NCBI GenBank assembly: GCA_009711765.1
Contig: VEND01000074.1
Span: 6,835 to 70,834, forward strand
Source: Bacillota bacterium
Lineage (GTDB): Bacteria > Bacillota > Clostridia > Tissierellales > MES13
Direction of reading: 5' to 3'
DNA length: 64,000 nucleotides
The notes beneath the pieces are model-generated. The model had not been told where the DNA came from and searched no databases. It saw only the letters and a program-made list of their open reading frames with translations. Below, in pieces: positions 31,301-40,524 of the stretch (positions are counted from its first letter, which is position 1; the number at the start of each line of letters is the position of its first letter). The position numbers and the translations under genes were made by a program.

Positions 31301-31705
31301 ATTAATAGGATTTTCACCATTTTTATAGTTCTCATTATTTTTATATACTATATTATTAAGCTTTATAGGAAACTCATCAACATAGTTTTCCCCTTCTTTT
31401 TCTAAAAGGGTAATAAGCTTTAATGCTACTTTATTTTTATTTTCCCTTGTTAATTCATCCTTCATAACTTGGACTGTAAAACTTGGCTCATTACTTGCTA
31501 ATAGCCTACCATATCTATCCCTTATTTCTCCTCTAGGAGCTGGTATAGGTACTTTTCTTAATCTTTTAGATTCTGCTAAATCTCTATAATAATCACCCTT
31601 AACTATTGTAAGATAACTAAGCCTATAAGCCATACCAATAAATATAACTGCAATTATAATAATAAAAATGTTATATCTATTTTTTAGTTTATCAATTAAT
31701 TTCAC
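28388..31705 (-). CDS. mrdA: Class B penicillin-binding protein 2, unusually long (1105 aa)
   Basis: N-terminal TM, APRGEIRDRYG, GKTGIE, SIFK (SxxK), SCN, KTGT; follows mreBCD. Confidence 0.93.
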   Translation of the reverse strand: MKLIDKLKNRYNIFIIIIAVIFIGMAYRLSYLTIVKGDYYRDLAESKRLRKVPIPAPRGEIRDRYGRLLASNEPSFTVQVMKDELTRENKNKVALKLITLLEKEGENYVDEFPIKLNNIVYKNNENYKNGENPINEVVNLLEKHNLEDSLFQTYYTNKTELNNYEFITAERAKLILEGDGTDIPIDISLKNGKVSFNYYGENIDKWRSKENVSNLKPKDALLHLTNETLLRSLLKHPIIRLKAYEVLKNNGLADKFKIEYLYYSYDEDYRDLKRSLMDINSITIDSSAKDDFISIILNKYKSSNEESIIYNLLSNVYTLDNKDSKKDLIIGKMFIEELKNNGLDPGIDISVNDGYVSFKYKDKENEESMKHLIDLSLKTKVKDKKTKESISIVKKVLTDDKVKVFSQKEILNSGINPKISVAKWKYTPIINKESWLSQFKSLGMTDTTTAKDAFLKLRQAKEINNKLSNYEARFILLMNEQLNKQGYRGYQPVNIAYGVKDVTFAKIKENSYEFSGVKVEVQPARDYPMGKTAAHILGYLGKISQPFEIDKYLDNPNSGYTRNDIIGKTGIEQRYESELKGKDGYKKVEVDVVGNPLNLIDSEKAIPGNNLYLTIDAELQKVAEDSLKYALEEIQSAGEYKSKWGDYNYTEEKGENGPRKLKNATSAATVAIDVKTGELLAMANYPSYDPNLFTTGISLEDWESLKPENEDDRLAPRPLRNIAMRTAVQPGSIFKMVTGLAGLNKGMDPNKNINALGYLEYGGETFGCWIYNDYGGIHGATNMYEAIKESCNFYFFTLTAGKNLRTERNIGAEVDLEDITYIAKKFGLDEKTGLEIPGERAGRVPSKDTKSVIAKRSFKNFLYSNKDKLKDGLTNTEADELVKEVSTWDLNLTRGGVINKLEKLGLDPYKKLKFNGREFTLTDYIKYTFFRNVKFGLADEFNISIGQGENRYTPIQIANYIATLASDGVRHRVSVFDKLEDYNGNTIVKGKEEIIEELDLNKEYFNVIKKGMNMAAEDGTARRIFKDFPVKVGVKTGTAQATGYDNYAWFVAFAPYDDPQIAVSTIIFQGGHGGYAGPVAREVIAQYLGLNNKNEKIDFKNKLKR

Positions 31706-31710
31706 CTATT

Positions 31711-32220
31711 TCACCTCCGACTTTGTAAACCATATCTACTATAGGGTTCCTCATAATATTTTGCTATTTTTTTATATATGAAAATAGATAATAAAGAATT
31801 ATAAATCATTTCAATTAAAGCTTTACTTTTTATTATATCTAAAAATTCTATATCCATAGCAAAAAAATACATAAATATATGATAGACTATGTAACTCACT
31901 AAAGTAGACAACAAGGTAAAAATAAAAGGTGTCACAGGGTTAGCTTTAAAAATAACCTTATTAAAAAGACCTACAATATATCCTACTAAAAAATATATTA
32001 AGGCATAAATTCCTATAACTTTACTAAAAATAACATCTTGTAAAAAACCCACTAAAAGCCCTAATATGCCTCCAAATCTTTTATTATTTAATAAAGCAAA
32101 AACAACTACCAAAATTAGGGATGTATTAGGTTTTACACCAAATATATCGATATACTGAAAAACAGTAGTTTGTAATATGAAGTTTATAATTACTATACTA
32201 ACTACTATAAATACATTCAA
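31711..32220 (-). CDS. mreD: Rod shape-determining protein
   Basis: Hydrophobic protein, GVKPN, G.LQD; synteny. Confidence 0.92.
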   Translation of the reverse strand: MNVFIVVSIVIINFILQTTVFQYIDIFGVKPNTSLILVVVFALLNNKRFGGILGLLVGFLQDVIFSKVIGIYALIYFLVGYIVGLFNKVIFKANPVTPFIFTLLSTLVSYIVYHIFMYFFAMDIEFLDIIKSKALIEMIYNSLLSIFIYKKIAKYYEEPYSRYGLQSRR

Positions 32221-32235
32221 ATTTAAAACCTCTCT

Positions 32236-33084
32236 CTATTTAGTTTGTGTTATTATATAAACCTCATCTAGTTTTCTAAAATCAACAGCAGGTTTAACCT
32301 TAATAACTTTAACTAACTCCTGTGATCTTTTTTCAACTTCTACAACTTCACCAATGTAAAGATCCTTTATAAAAAGTCCTCCCATACCAGAAGTTAAAAG
32401 CTTGTCTCCTTTAACAACATTAGCATTATAATCAAATAATGTTCCCTTTAATCTTTCGTCATTATCCATAACACCAGAAACAATACCATTATCTTGTGTT
32501 CTTATGTCTTTAAAACTTACATTACTTCCCTTATCAATAATTGAAATAACCTTTGCCCAGTTTTCTCCTACTTCCATAATTCTTCCAACAAGTCCTGCTT
32601 CAATTACTTCTCCTTCATATTCTACAGCAAATACAACAGGATCATCTTTACTAATACCATCATTTAAGCCTTTATCTATAACAAATTTATTAAACCAACT
32701 TCCTGGGTCTTTTGAAACTATCTCAGCATCTATAAAATTATACTTAGATTTTTCTTTTAATAAAGCTTCCTTTCTTAAATATTCAGTTCTACTTATAATT
32801 TCTTTCATTTCTCTGTTATCTTTTTTAAGCTTTTCTACTTTCTTTTTTAAATTCTCATTTTCCCTTTTAATTTGAGAAAGACTAGTTATTGATTTAAATG
32901 TATCAAAAAAAGATTCACCAATATTGTAAACTACCCTTTGTACTGGAGTTATAATATTTCCTATTTTACTTTCTATAAAAGTTATTTCGTCTCTATCTCT
33001 AGCTGTAATACCTATAATAACAAGTAAAATGATAGTAATCCCTATTACTATCATTTTACTTGCATGCTTTTTAAATACAGACAT
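32236..33084 (-). CDS. mreC: Rod shape-determining protein
   Basis: TM, coiled coil ENENLK, IDKG..DGI, GLVGRI, TSGMGG, PAVDF. Confidence 0.95.
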   Translation of the reverse strand: MSVFKKHASKMIVIGITIILLVIIGITARDRDEITFIESKIGNIITPVQRVVYNIGESFFDTFKSITSLSQIKRENENLKKKVEKLKKDNREMKEIISRTEYLRKEALLKEKSKYNFIDAEIVSKDPGSWFNKFVIDKGLNDGISKDDPVVFAVEYEGEVIEAGLVGRIMEVGENWAKVISIIDKGSNVSFKDIRTQDNGIVSGVMDNDERLKGTLFDYNANVVKGDKLLTSGMGGLFIKDLYIGEVVEVEKRSQELVKVIKVKPAVDFRKLDEVYIITQTK

Positions 33085-33099
33085 TTATTATCACCTAAT

Positions 33100-34134
33100 T
33101 TAACCCTTTTTTGTATTTGTAGAAACTCTTCTTAACATCTCTATATCCTCTACTGCTTTTCCTGTTCCTAAAACCACACAATCTAAAGGGTTCTCTGCAA
33201 TATTAACTGGCATGCCTGTCTCTTTTCTTACTAATTTATCTAAGCCATTTAACATTGCACCTCCACCAGTTAGCATAATACCAAACTCCATAACATCTGC
33301 AGCAAGTTCAGGTGGTGTTTTTTCTAATGTAAACTTTATTGCATCTATAATACTTGCAACTGGTTCCTTTAAAGCTTCATATATTTCCCCTGAAGTGATC
33401 TCTATGGTTTTAGGTAACCCAGAAATAAGATCTCTACCTCTAATTTTCATTTTATCATCTTTTGATTTTTTATAGGCTGAACCAATATTTATTTTAACTT
33501 CTTCTGCAGTTCTTTCTCCAATCATTAGATTATAACTTTTCTTAATAAACTGTACTATTGATTCATCTAACTCATCTCCACCTACTCGAATGGATTTACT
33601 TGTAACAATTCCTCCTAATGATATTATTGCTACTTCTGTTGTTCCTCCACCTATATCAACAACCATACTTCCTGTAGGCTCTTGTACCGGTAAATCAGCA
33701 CCTATAGCTGCTGCCATTGGTTCTTCTATTAAATATGCTTCCTTAGCACCTGCTTGTAAGGCTGCTTCTTCAACAGCTCTTTTTTCAACTTCTGTTACTC
33801 CAGATGGTACACATACAACAACTCTAGGTTGTACTATTGTCCTCTTTGGATAAGCTTTTTTAAGGAAATATTTTATCATACTCTGAGTTACATCAAAATC
33901 AGCAATAACACCATCCTTCATAGGTCTTATTGCTACTATATTACCAGGGGTTCTCCCTATCATTCTCTTAGCCTCTGAACCAACAGCCATAACATCATTA
34001 TCTTGTTTTTTAATTGCTACAACAGATGGTTCTCTAACTACTATACCCTTTCCTTTAACATAAACAAGTGTATTAGCAGTACCTAAATCTATTCCCATAT
34101 CTCTTGAAAATAACGCAAAAATACTCATTATCAT
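33100..34134 (-). CDS. mreB: Actin-like rod shape protein
   Basis: [33 protein letters not shown]. Confidence 0.98.
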   Translation of the reverse strand: MIMSIFALFSRDMGIDLGTANTLVYVKGKGIVVREPSVVAIKKQDNDVMAVGSEAKRMIGRTPGNIVAIRPMKDGVIADFDVTQSMIKYFLKKAYPKRTIVQPRVVVCVPSGVTEVEKRAVEEAALQAGAKEAYLIEEPMAAAIGADLPVQEPTGSMVVDIGGGTTEVAIISLGGIVTSKSIRVGGDELDESIVQFIKKSYNLMIGERTAEEVKINIGSAYKKSKDDKMKIRGRDLISGLPKTIEITSGEIYEALKEPVASIIDAIKFTLEKTPPELAADVMEFGIMLTGGGAMLNGLDKLVRKETGMPVNIAENPLDCVVLGTGKAVEDIEMLRRVSTNTKKG

Positions 34135-34156
34135 TTGCTCCTTCCTAACTTTAAAC

Positions 34157-34843
34157 TTATACTACATCTTCTTCTTTTAAACTAACATATCTGTTATTAC
34201 CTAATATTATATGATCTAATACCTTTATCCCAAGTATTTTACCACATTCAACTAAGCGTTTAGTAATATTAATATCCTCCTTACTAGGTTCAGGATCTCC
34301 ACTTGGATGATTGTGTACTAAAATTAAGGATGCACTACTTCTTTTTATTGCAGATTTAAAAACTTCTCTAGGATGAACAATAGAAGAGTTTAAACTCCCT
34401 ATCGATATATCTTCGATACTTATTATTTTATTTTTGGTGTTTAACATGATTACTTTAAAATATTCCTTTTTTAAATTTTTCATATCATCCATTAATAAAT
34501 TAGATACATCCGAAGGTGAAGTGATCTTCACTGTATCGATATTTCTATATTTAATAGATCTTTTTCCTAATTCTAAAGCAGATAAAATTTGTGCAGCTTT
34601 ACATCTTCCTATCCCATCTATTAAAGTTAATTCATCTACACTACATTCATTAAGATACAAAAGCCCCTCTTTATCTAGAGTTAATAGGTTTTGAGAAATT
34701 TCTAATGCTGATTTATTTTTATTCCCTGTCCTTATTATTATAGCTAACAATTCAGAATTAGACAATGATTTAACACCTTTTTTATAAAGTTTCTCTCTTG
34801 GTCTTTCATCTAAAGGTAAATCTTTAATAGTATACTTACCCAT
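34157..34843 (-). CDS. radC: RadC/JAB-domain protein
   Basis: [30 protein letters not shown]. Confidence 0.97.
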   Translation of the reverse strand: MGKYTIKDLPLDERPREKLYKKGVKSLSNSELLAIIIRTGNKNKSALEISQNLLTLDKEGLLYLNECSVDELTLIDGIGRCKAAQILSALELGKRSIKYRNIDTVKITSPSDVSNLLMDDMKNLKKEYFKVIMLNTKNKIISIEDISIGSLNSSIVHPREVFKSAIKRSSASLILVHNHPSGDPEPSKEDINITKRLVECGKILGIKVLDHIILGNNRYVSLKEEDVV

Positions 34844-34855
34844 CGTTCCTCCTGC

Positions 34856-35434
34856 TTATAATAGATTTATGTTGAAATGCTTAGTTAAAAGATAGTCTAC
34901 TTTCGATATCGGAAGTCCCACAACATTTGAATAAGACCCATAAATATGGTCTATAAGTATTGCTCCTATACATTGAATCCCATAACCTCCAGCCTTATCT
35001 TTGTATTCACCTGTTTCAATATAATTTTTTATAGTTTTACTGCTTAGTTTCCTAAACTTAACTATAGTTTCTTCATAATCTATAATCTTAATATTTGTAC
35101 CTGCTTTAATAATTGATATCCCTGTTATTACACTATGTTTTTTCCCACTAAGACTTAAAAGCATTTCAAAAGCTTCATTTTTATCCTTAGGTTTGCCTAA
35201 TATCTTGTCACTATACACTATTGTATCTGCAGCAAGTACAATTTCTTTACTTTCAACATTTTTTGACACATCATATGCTTTTTCAAAAGCTAATGCCATT
35301 GCAACATGATGGGGTTTTTCATCTTCAAATACTAATTCTTGAATATTACTTTTTTTGACCTTTATACCTATATTATACCTTTTTAATAACTCCCTTCTTC
35401 TTGGGGAGCCAGAAGCTAAAACTATATTTTTCAT
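34856..35434 (-). CDS. maf: Maf nucleotide pyrophosphatase
   Basis: LASGSPRRRELL, AADTIV, DKAGGYGIQ, NVVGLP. Confidence 0.97.
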   Translation of the reverse strand: MKNIVLASGSPRRRELLKRYNIGIKVKKSNIQELVFEDEKPHHVAMALAFEKAYDVSKNVESKEIVLAADTIVYSDKILGKPKDKNEAFEMLLSLSGKKHSVITGISIIKAGTNIKIIDYEETIVKFRKLSSKTIKNYIETGEYKDKAGGYGIQCIGAILIDHIYGSYSNVVGLPISKVDYLLTKHFNINLL

Positions 35435-35442
35435 AAATCCTC

Positions 35443-35694
35443 CTAAATCTTTCTAAATATTAAAATAGCTAAAATAATACCTATTGCACTGGCAGCATTT
35501 AAATTTAGACTAAATCCAAATGTTAAATCTAATACATTTAAATCTAAATGTAGTGGGGGGTTAAGTCCTATTGAATAACTCTTAGCTAAAAGAGGTATTT
35601 TATCTCCTAATAAATCACCAATAATACCACCTAGTACTAATCCCACTGCTAATAATAAAATTAAAATCCAAGGATTTCTATTTCTAGCCCTCAT
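35443..35694 (-). CDS. Small membrane protein (DUF4321-like)
   Basis: Two hydrophobic segments, LDL.VL.LTFG...LN.AS.IG; GGGAGG RBS; usual neighbour of maf. Confidence 0.8.
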   Translation of the reverse strand: MRARNRNPWILILLLAVGLVLGGIIGDLLGDKIPLLAKSYSIGLNPPLHLDLNVLDLTFGFSLNLNAASAIGIILAILIFRKI

Positions 35695-35725
35695 TGTATT
35701 CCTCCCTTTTTTTAAAAGAAGCTTA

Positions 35726-36247
35726 TTATAAGTTAGTAAAATTAAAACTCATATTTTTATTTTTTAAATTTTTAGTTAGATATATAGAGGATAATCCTAC
35801 GAAATATCCTGAAAAAAGACTCATTAACATCATAATAGGTAAATAGGAAAAAATCCTTATATTCTCTATAATTAAACTCGCTACTGCTATTTGAGCAAAA
35901 CTATGACTTATCGCTCCAAATATACTAACTCCTATTAAACTAAAATATCTAGATAAAAACTTATAAACTATAAACATAACTGTTACACTTAAAATAGCTC
36001 CTGACAAGCTATAAAATAATCCTGAAAAGTTTCCTGTTGATAATGCAAAGGTTAGACTTCTTAAAATGACTACTATTAATGCTTCTTTATATCCAAATAT
36101 AACTAAAGATACCAACCCTATTATATTTGCAAGCCCTAATTTGACTCCTGGCACTACAAAGGGAATCGGTATAAATGACTCTACAATACTTAATACTAAC
36201 CCTATAGCAACTAATAATGCTAAAAATATTAACTTTTTCATACTCAT
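35726..36247 (-). CDS. Gx transporter family / EetB-like ECF S-component
   Basis: VES.IP.P..VPGVKLGLAN, SLIGVSI.GA..H..AQ; about 6 TM. Confidence 0.85.
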   Translation of the reverse strand: MSMKKLIFLALLVAIGLVLSIVESFIPIPFVVPGVKLGLANIIGLVSLVIFGYKEALIVVILRSLTFALSTGNFSGLFYSLSGAILSVTVMFIVYKFLSRYFSLIGVSIFGAISHSFAQIAVASLIIENIRIFSYLPIMMLMSLFSGYFVGLSSIYLTKNLKNKNMSFNFTNL

Positions 36248-36258
36248 GTCTAGCCCCC

Positions 36259-36636
36259 CTAATGACTAATTTCATCTACTTTAGATTCTTTATTACCTTC
36301 TAACTCTATAACTAATCTGTTGGGAAGACAGACAACTACATTTCCTGGAGCATTAATCCACCCCTGTTTTACACATAATTGGTCGTGACAATCTGCTTCT
36401 ATCATTCTAACTTTATTTTTACCTATTTCTATTTTGTTAAACCCATATTCTGTTTTTACTTCTATTGTTTTTCCTTCCATATTAGCTCCTAAAGATATCT
36501 TTTTATATTCTTTACCATTAACTTCTACTCTTACATATTGAGCACCTTCATTAACAGCAACTTCTTTAACAAAATATAAACCAGATAGACTAATTATAAT
36601 AACAAAAAATATTAATATCTTGTCCCATTTAGTCAT
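36259..36636 (-). CDS. NusG domain II-containing membrane-anchored protein
   Basis: N-terminal TM, G.N.IEI, EADCHDQLCVKQGWI, VCLPNRL. Confidence 0.88.
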   Translation of the reverse strand: MTKWDKILIFFVIIISLSGLYFVKEVAVNEGAQYVRVEVNGKEYKKISLGANMEGKTIEVKTEYGFNKIEIGKNKVRMIEADCHDQLCVKQGWINAPGNVVVCLPNRLVIELEGNKESKVDEISH

Positions 36637-36792
36637 ATTTATCTCCTTTTATTTTCTTAACTATATACATTTTTCAATAAAAATTACACATTATTACATT
36701 TAAAGTTTACCACTTGCAGTAATCTTTTACAAGTAACAATTTTTTCATAAATCAACTTAGTCTAAAAGTTTCATAATAAATGTATCATAAAA

Positions 36793-36822
36793 GAAAAACT
36801 AGGACCAATGGCCCTAGCTTTA
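36793..36822 (-). terminator. Terminator after rnfB
   Basis: aaaactagg-accaatggc-cctagcttt. Confidence 0.6.
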
Positions 36823-37803
36823 TTATTTCATTTCAATTGCATCTTTAGGACATTTCTCTTCACAAACGCCACAACCGATACACTTTTCTTCATCTACCTT
36901 GTGAACTTTTTTAACTTCTCCCTCTATTGCATCCACAGGGCATTTCTTAGCACAAATTGTACATCCAATACAATCATCTTCTTTTATTTTAGCTTTCTTT
37001 CTATTTTCAAAGTTAGCCCAAATTGCATTTGTCGGACATTTTTCCGCACAAAGCATACAATTTTCACACTTATCATAATTTATCTTAGCTAAATTATCTT
37101 CAAATTCTATAGCATCAAATGGACATGCCTTAACACACAATTGACATCCAATACATCCTACAGAACAGCCATTTTTAACTTCTTTACCTTTATCTTTACT
37201 ATTACAATCAACAACAACATCCTGTCCATAAGGCACCCATCCAATTACATCTTTAGGACAAGTTTCTAAACATGCTCCACAAGATGTACATTTTTCAGGA
37301 TCTATTTTTGCAATTCCATCTTCTATATATATAGCGTCAAAGTTACATGCATCAACACATGTTCCTAGGCCTAAACACCCAAATTGACAGCTTTTACTTC
37401 CACCTTGTACCATTGCTGCTGCTTTACAATCTTTTATTCCTGTATATTCAAGCTTCTCTTTAGCTTTTGAATTATTTCCACTACATAATACCCTAGCTAC
37501 TTTCTTTTCACTTGATCCTGCATCGACTCCCATGATATCAGCTATTTTACTTGAAGCTTCTTCTCCTCCAACGGGACATCCATTTGCAGGTGCTTCACCC
37601 TTAGCTACTCCATCTGCAAATGCATCGCAACCAGGATAACCACACGCACCACAATTAGCTCCAGGAAGGGCATCTCTTATTTGTTCAACCTTTGGATCAA
37701 CTTCAACTGCAAATACTCTTGAAGCAACTGCTAAGCCTGATCCAAAAAGTAAACCTAGTCCTCCTAAACTAACTATAGGTTTTAATAAACTATTAAAATC
37801 CAT
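36823..37803 (-). CDS. rnfB: Rnf complex subunit B (polyferredoxin type)
   Basis: LPGANCGACGYPGC plus multiple CxxCxxCxxxCP motifs. Confidence 0.96.
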   Translation of the reverse strand: MDFNSLLKPIVSLGGLGLLFGSGLAVASRVFAVEVDPKVEQIRDALPGANCGACGYPGCDAFADGVAKGEAPANGCPVGGEEASSKIADIMGVDAGSSEKKVARVLCSGNNSKAKEKLEYTGIKDCKAAAMVQGGSKSCQFGCLGLGTCVDACNFDAIYIEDGIAKIDPEKCTSCGACLETCPKDVIGWVPYGQDVVVDCNSKDKGKEVKNGCSVGCIGCQLCVKACPFDAIEFEDNLAKINYDKCENCMLCAEKCPTNAIWANFENRKKAKIKEDDCIGCTICAKKCPVDAIEGEVKKVHKVDEEKCIGCGVCEEKCPKDAIEMK

Positions 37804-37816
37804 GTACTTTCACCCC

Positions 37817-38389
37817 CTAAACTAATCCAGCAAATCCTAAGAATGCTATTGACATTAATCCTGCAGTTATTAAAGCTATAGGAGCTCCTTCTAATGATTT
37901 AGGTACATCAGCTATAGCTAATCTCTCTCTGATTCCAGCAAATAATATAATTGCTAATGAAAAACCTATAGAAGCAAATATACCATGTGCTATCGTTTCT
38001 ATTAAATTAAATTCTTCTTGTATATTTAATATAGTTAAACCTAAAACAGCACAGTTAGTTGTTATTAATGGTAAGTAAACCCCTAAAGCTTCATATAAAG
38101 AAGGACTTGATTTCTTTATAAACATCTCTACAAACTGTACTAATGATGCGATTACTAATATAAACGCAATTGTCTGTAAATAAGCTAGTCCTAGTGGTTC
38201 TAAAACTGCATATTGCACAATATATGTTATTACTGATGCTAATGTCATAACAAAAGCAACAGCCATTCCCATACCAGAAGCAGTTTCTACTTTTTTAGAA
38301 ACTCCTAAAAAGGGACATATCCCTAAAAATCTAGATAATACAAAGTTGTTTACAAGCATTGCACTAATTGCTATTTTCAAGATTTCCAT
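37817..38389 (-). CDS. rnfA: Rnf complex subunit A
   Basis: [31 protein letters not shown]. Confidence 0.97.
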   Translation of the reverse strand: MEILKIAISAMLVNNFVLSRFLGICPFLGVSKKVETASGMGMAVAFVMTLASVITYIVQYAVLEPLGLAYLQTIAFILVIASLVQFVEMFIKKSSPSLYEALGVYLPLITTNCAVLGLTILNIQEEFNLIETIAHGIFASIGFSLAIILFAGIRERLAIADVPKSLEGAPIALITAGLMSIAFLGFAGLV

Positions 38390-38402
38390 TTATAATCCTC
38401 CT

Positions 38403-39008
38403 TTACGCGTTATTAGCCTTTTTTTGGCCAATCCAATTAATTATTCCCAGTAAAACACCTAGTGCAAGGAATGCTCCAGGAGGTAAAATCATTACTATAG
38501 CAGGTTTAAAAGCTTCTCCAAATAGTTCAAAGCCAAACACACTACCTGCACCTAGAACTTCTCTTACAATACCTAATATAGTAAGAGCAAGAGTAAAACC
38601 TATTCCCATTCCTAATCCATCAGCTAAAGCCTTTACTGGTTTATTATTTGAAGCGAAGGATTCCGCTCTTCCTAATATAAGACAGTTAACAACAATCAAA
38701 GGAATAAAAAGTCCTAATGATTTATATAAACTCATTGCATAAGCATGCATAAACATTCCAATTAATGTAACAAAAGTAGCAATTACAACTATAAATGCTG
38801 GGATACGTATTTTATCTGGTATAACTTTTCTAAACAAAGAAATAACTAAATTAGATCCCAATAAAACAGAAGTAGTTGCAAGTCCCATAGCCATACCATC
38901 TGTTGCAGTTGTAGTAACGGCTAGTGTAGGACACATACCTAAAAGTTGTATGAAAACAGGGTTTTCTTTACCAATTCCATTTTTAAAAGTGTCAAACAAT
39001 TTCATCAT
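38403..39008 (-). CDS. rnfE: Rnf complex subunit E
   Basis: ENPVFIQLLGMCPTLAVT, IPLIVVNCLILGRAE. Confidence 0.97.
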   Translation of the reverse strand: MMKLFDTFKNGIGKENPVFIQLLGMCPTLAVTTTATDGMAMGLATTSVLLGSNLVISLFRKVIPDKIRIPAFIVVIATFVTLIGMFMHAYAMSLYKSLGLFIPLIVVNCLILGRAESFASNNKPVKALADGLGMGIGFTLALTILGIVREVLGAGSVFGFELFGEAFKPAIVMILPPGAFLALGVLLGIINWIGQKKANNA

Positions 39009-39026
39009 TTCACCTCCGTAATAGGA

Positions 39027-39569
39027 CTACTTATTTAACTTCTCGTTAAATAATGTTCTTGCTATATTTACACCTTTAGTCACTGCATCTGAAGTTATTG
39101 TTGCACCTGTTAAAGCTTGTATTTGATTATCTTTACTTGGTGCTGTTTTTACAACAAGAACTTCATTTTTAGCTTTAATTCCTTTATATTGATTTTGGAA
39201 TTCACTTCCTGTAGCATTAGCTCCTAAACCTGGTGTTTCTTGATGCTTAACTACCTTCACTCCAGTAATGGCTCCATCTTTTGATATTCCTGTTATTACT
39301 TCAACATTTCCACCATAACCAGGAGTAGCAGTCTTAATTGCATAACCTGCATCTGATTTATATACTGCTAAAACTTTACTATCTGTATCTATATCTACAG
39401 GTTCAAAATTATCTGCCTTTGGTAGTACTTCTTTTCTTGCCTCTTGACTTGCCTTAGCTTCAACTTCTTCTATTTTTTTAGAAGTTATTCCATTAGAAAG
39501 GCCAAGTATCGTGGCAGATATTGCTGTTATTAATAATAATACTAATCCTAATTTAATTATCTCACGCAT
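39027..39569 (-). CDS. rnfG: Rnf complex subunit G (FMN-binding)
   Basis: GYGG, HQETPGLG, flavinylation motif TGATITS. Confidence 0.96.
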   Translation of the reverse strand: MREIIKLGLVLLLITAISATILGLSNGITSKKIEEVEAKASQEARKEVLPKADNFEPVDIDTDSKVLAVYKSDAGYAIKTATPGYGGNVEVITGISKDGAITGVKVVKHQETPGLGANATGSEFQNQYKGIKAKNEVLVVKTAPSKDNQIQALTGATITSDAVTKGVNIARTLFNEKLNK

Positions 39570-40506
39570 TTTGCTTCACCTCACCAAATACTTTTGGACT
39601 TGTATATTTGTCTATTATAGGTGCTGCAACATTCATTAATAATATTGAATATGAAACTCCTTCTGGATATCCACCATATAATCTAATTACTGTAGTTATA
39701 ACACCACAACCTACTCCAAATATAATATGTCCCTTAGGAGTTACAGGTGATGATGAATAGTCAGTCGCCATATAGAATGCACCTAACATTAATCCTCCTG
39801 CAAATAAATGGTAAGTCATTGCAGAAAATCCACCGTCTAATATAAGTGTTAATACTGCTACAGTTGCTATATAGGAAAAAGGAATTCTCCAAGTTATTAC
39901 TCTTCTATATAAAAGCCAAATTCCACCTATTATTAGTGCTATAGCTGAAGTTTCTCCTAAACAACCACCTATATTACCTACCATAATATTTGTTAAAGTT
40001 GGCATAGTAGCACCTGAAGCTTCTCCTCCCATTATTGCAAGAGGTGTTGGTGTAGTTACTGCATCTGCTCCTGTAGTTACCCAACTTGTCATAATTACTG
40101 GCCAAGATGCTAAAAGCATTGCTCTGGCTGCTAAGGCTGGGTTCATAAAGTTATGACCTAAACCACCAAAAGCATGTTTAACAATAGCTATAGCAAACAT
40201 CGAGCCTATAACTGGTATCCACCATGGTGCGGACGCTGGTATATTAAAAGCTAATAATAAACCTGTTACTACCGCACTATAATCATTAATAGTGACAGGC
40301 TTTTTTAATAGCTTCTGTATTACTAACTCAGTTAACACTGAAGCTCCAACTGCAAGTACTATAAGTTTAATAGCATTAAATCTATAGAAATAAATACTTG
40401 CTAGAGTAGCTGGTAACAGTGCTATTAAAACATCTAACATTATTCTTGATATTGTTTCATCTGACCTAAGATGTGGAGAAGATGAAGCAATTAATTTATT
40501 TTCCAT
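39562..40506 (-). CDS. rnfD: Rnf complex subunit D
   Basis: SSSPHL, FGGLGHNFMNPA, GCLGETS, MATDY, YPEGV; start 40506 after GGAGG. Confidence 0.97.
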   Translation of the reverse strand: MENKLIASSSPHLRSDETISRIMLDVLIALLPATLASIYFYRFNAIKLIVLAVGASVLTELVIQKLLKKPVTINDYSAVVTGLLLAFNIPASAPWWIPVIGSMFAIAIVKHAFGGLGHNFMNPALAARAMLLASWPVIMTSWVTTGADAVTTPTPLAIMGGEASGATMPTLTNIMVGNIGGCLGETSAIALIIGGIWLLYRRVITWRIPFSYIATVAVLTLILDGGFSAMTYHLFAGGLMLGAFYMATDYSSSPVTPKGHIIFGVGCGVITTVIRLYGGYPEGVSYSILLMNVAAPIIDKYTSPKVFGEVKQNA

Positions 40507-40524
40507 TTCTGAACCTCCCATCAA

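Noticed and set aside
34157..34843. radC as a mobile-element marker
   Set aside because: Full-length chromosomal type in the standard maf-radC-mreBCD context.
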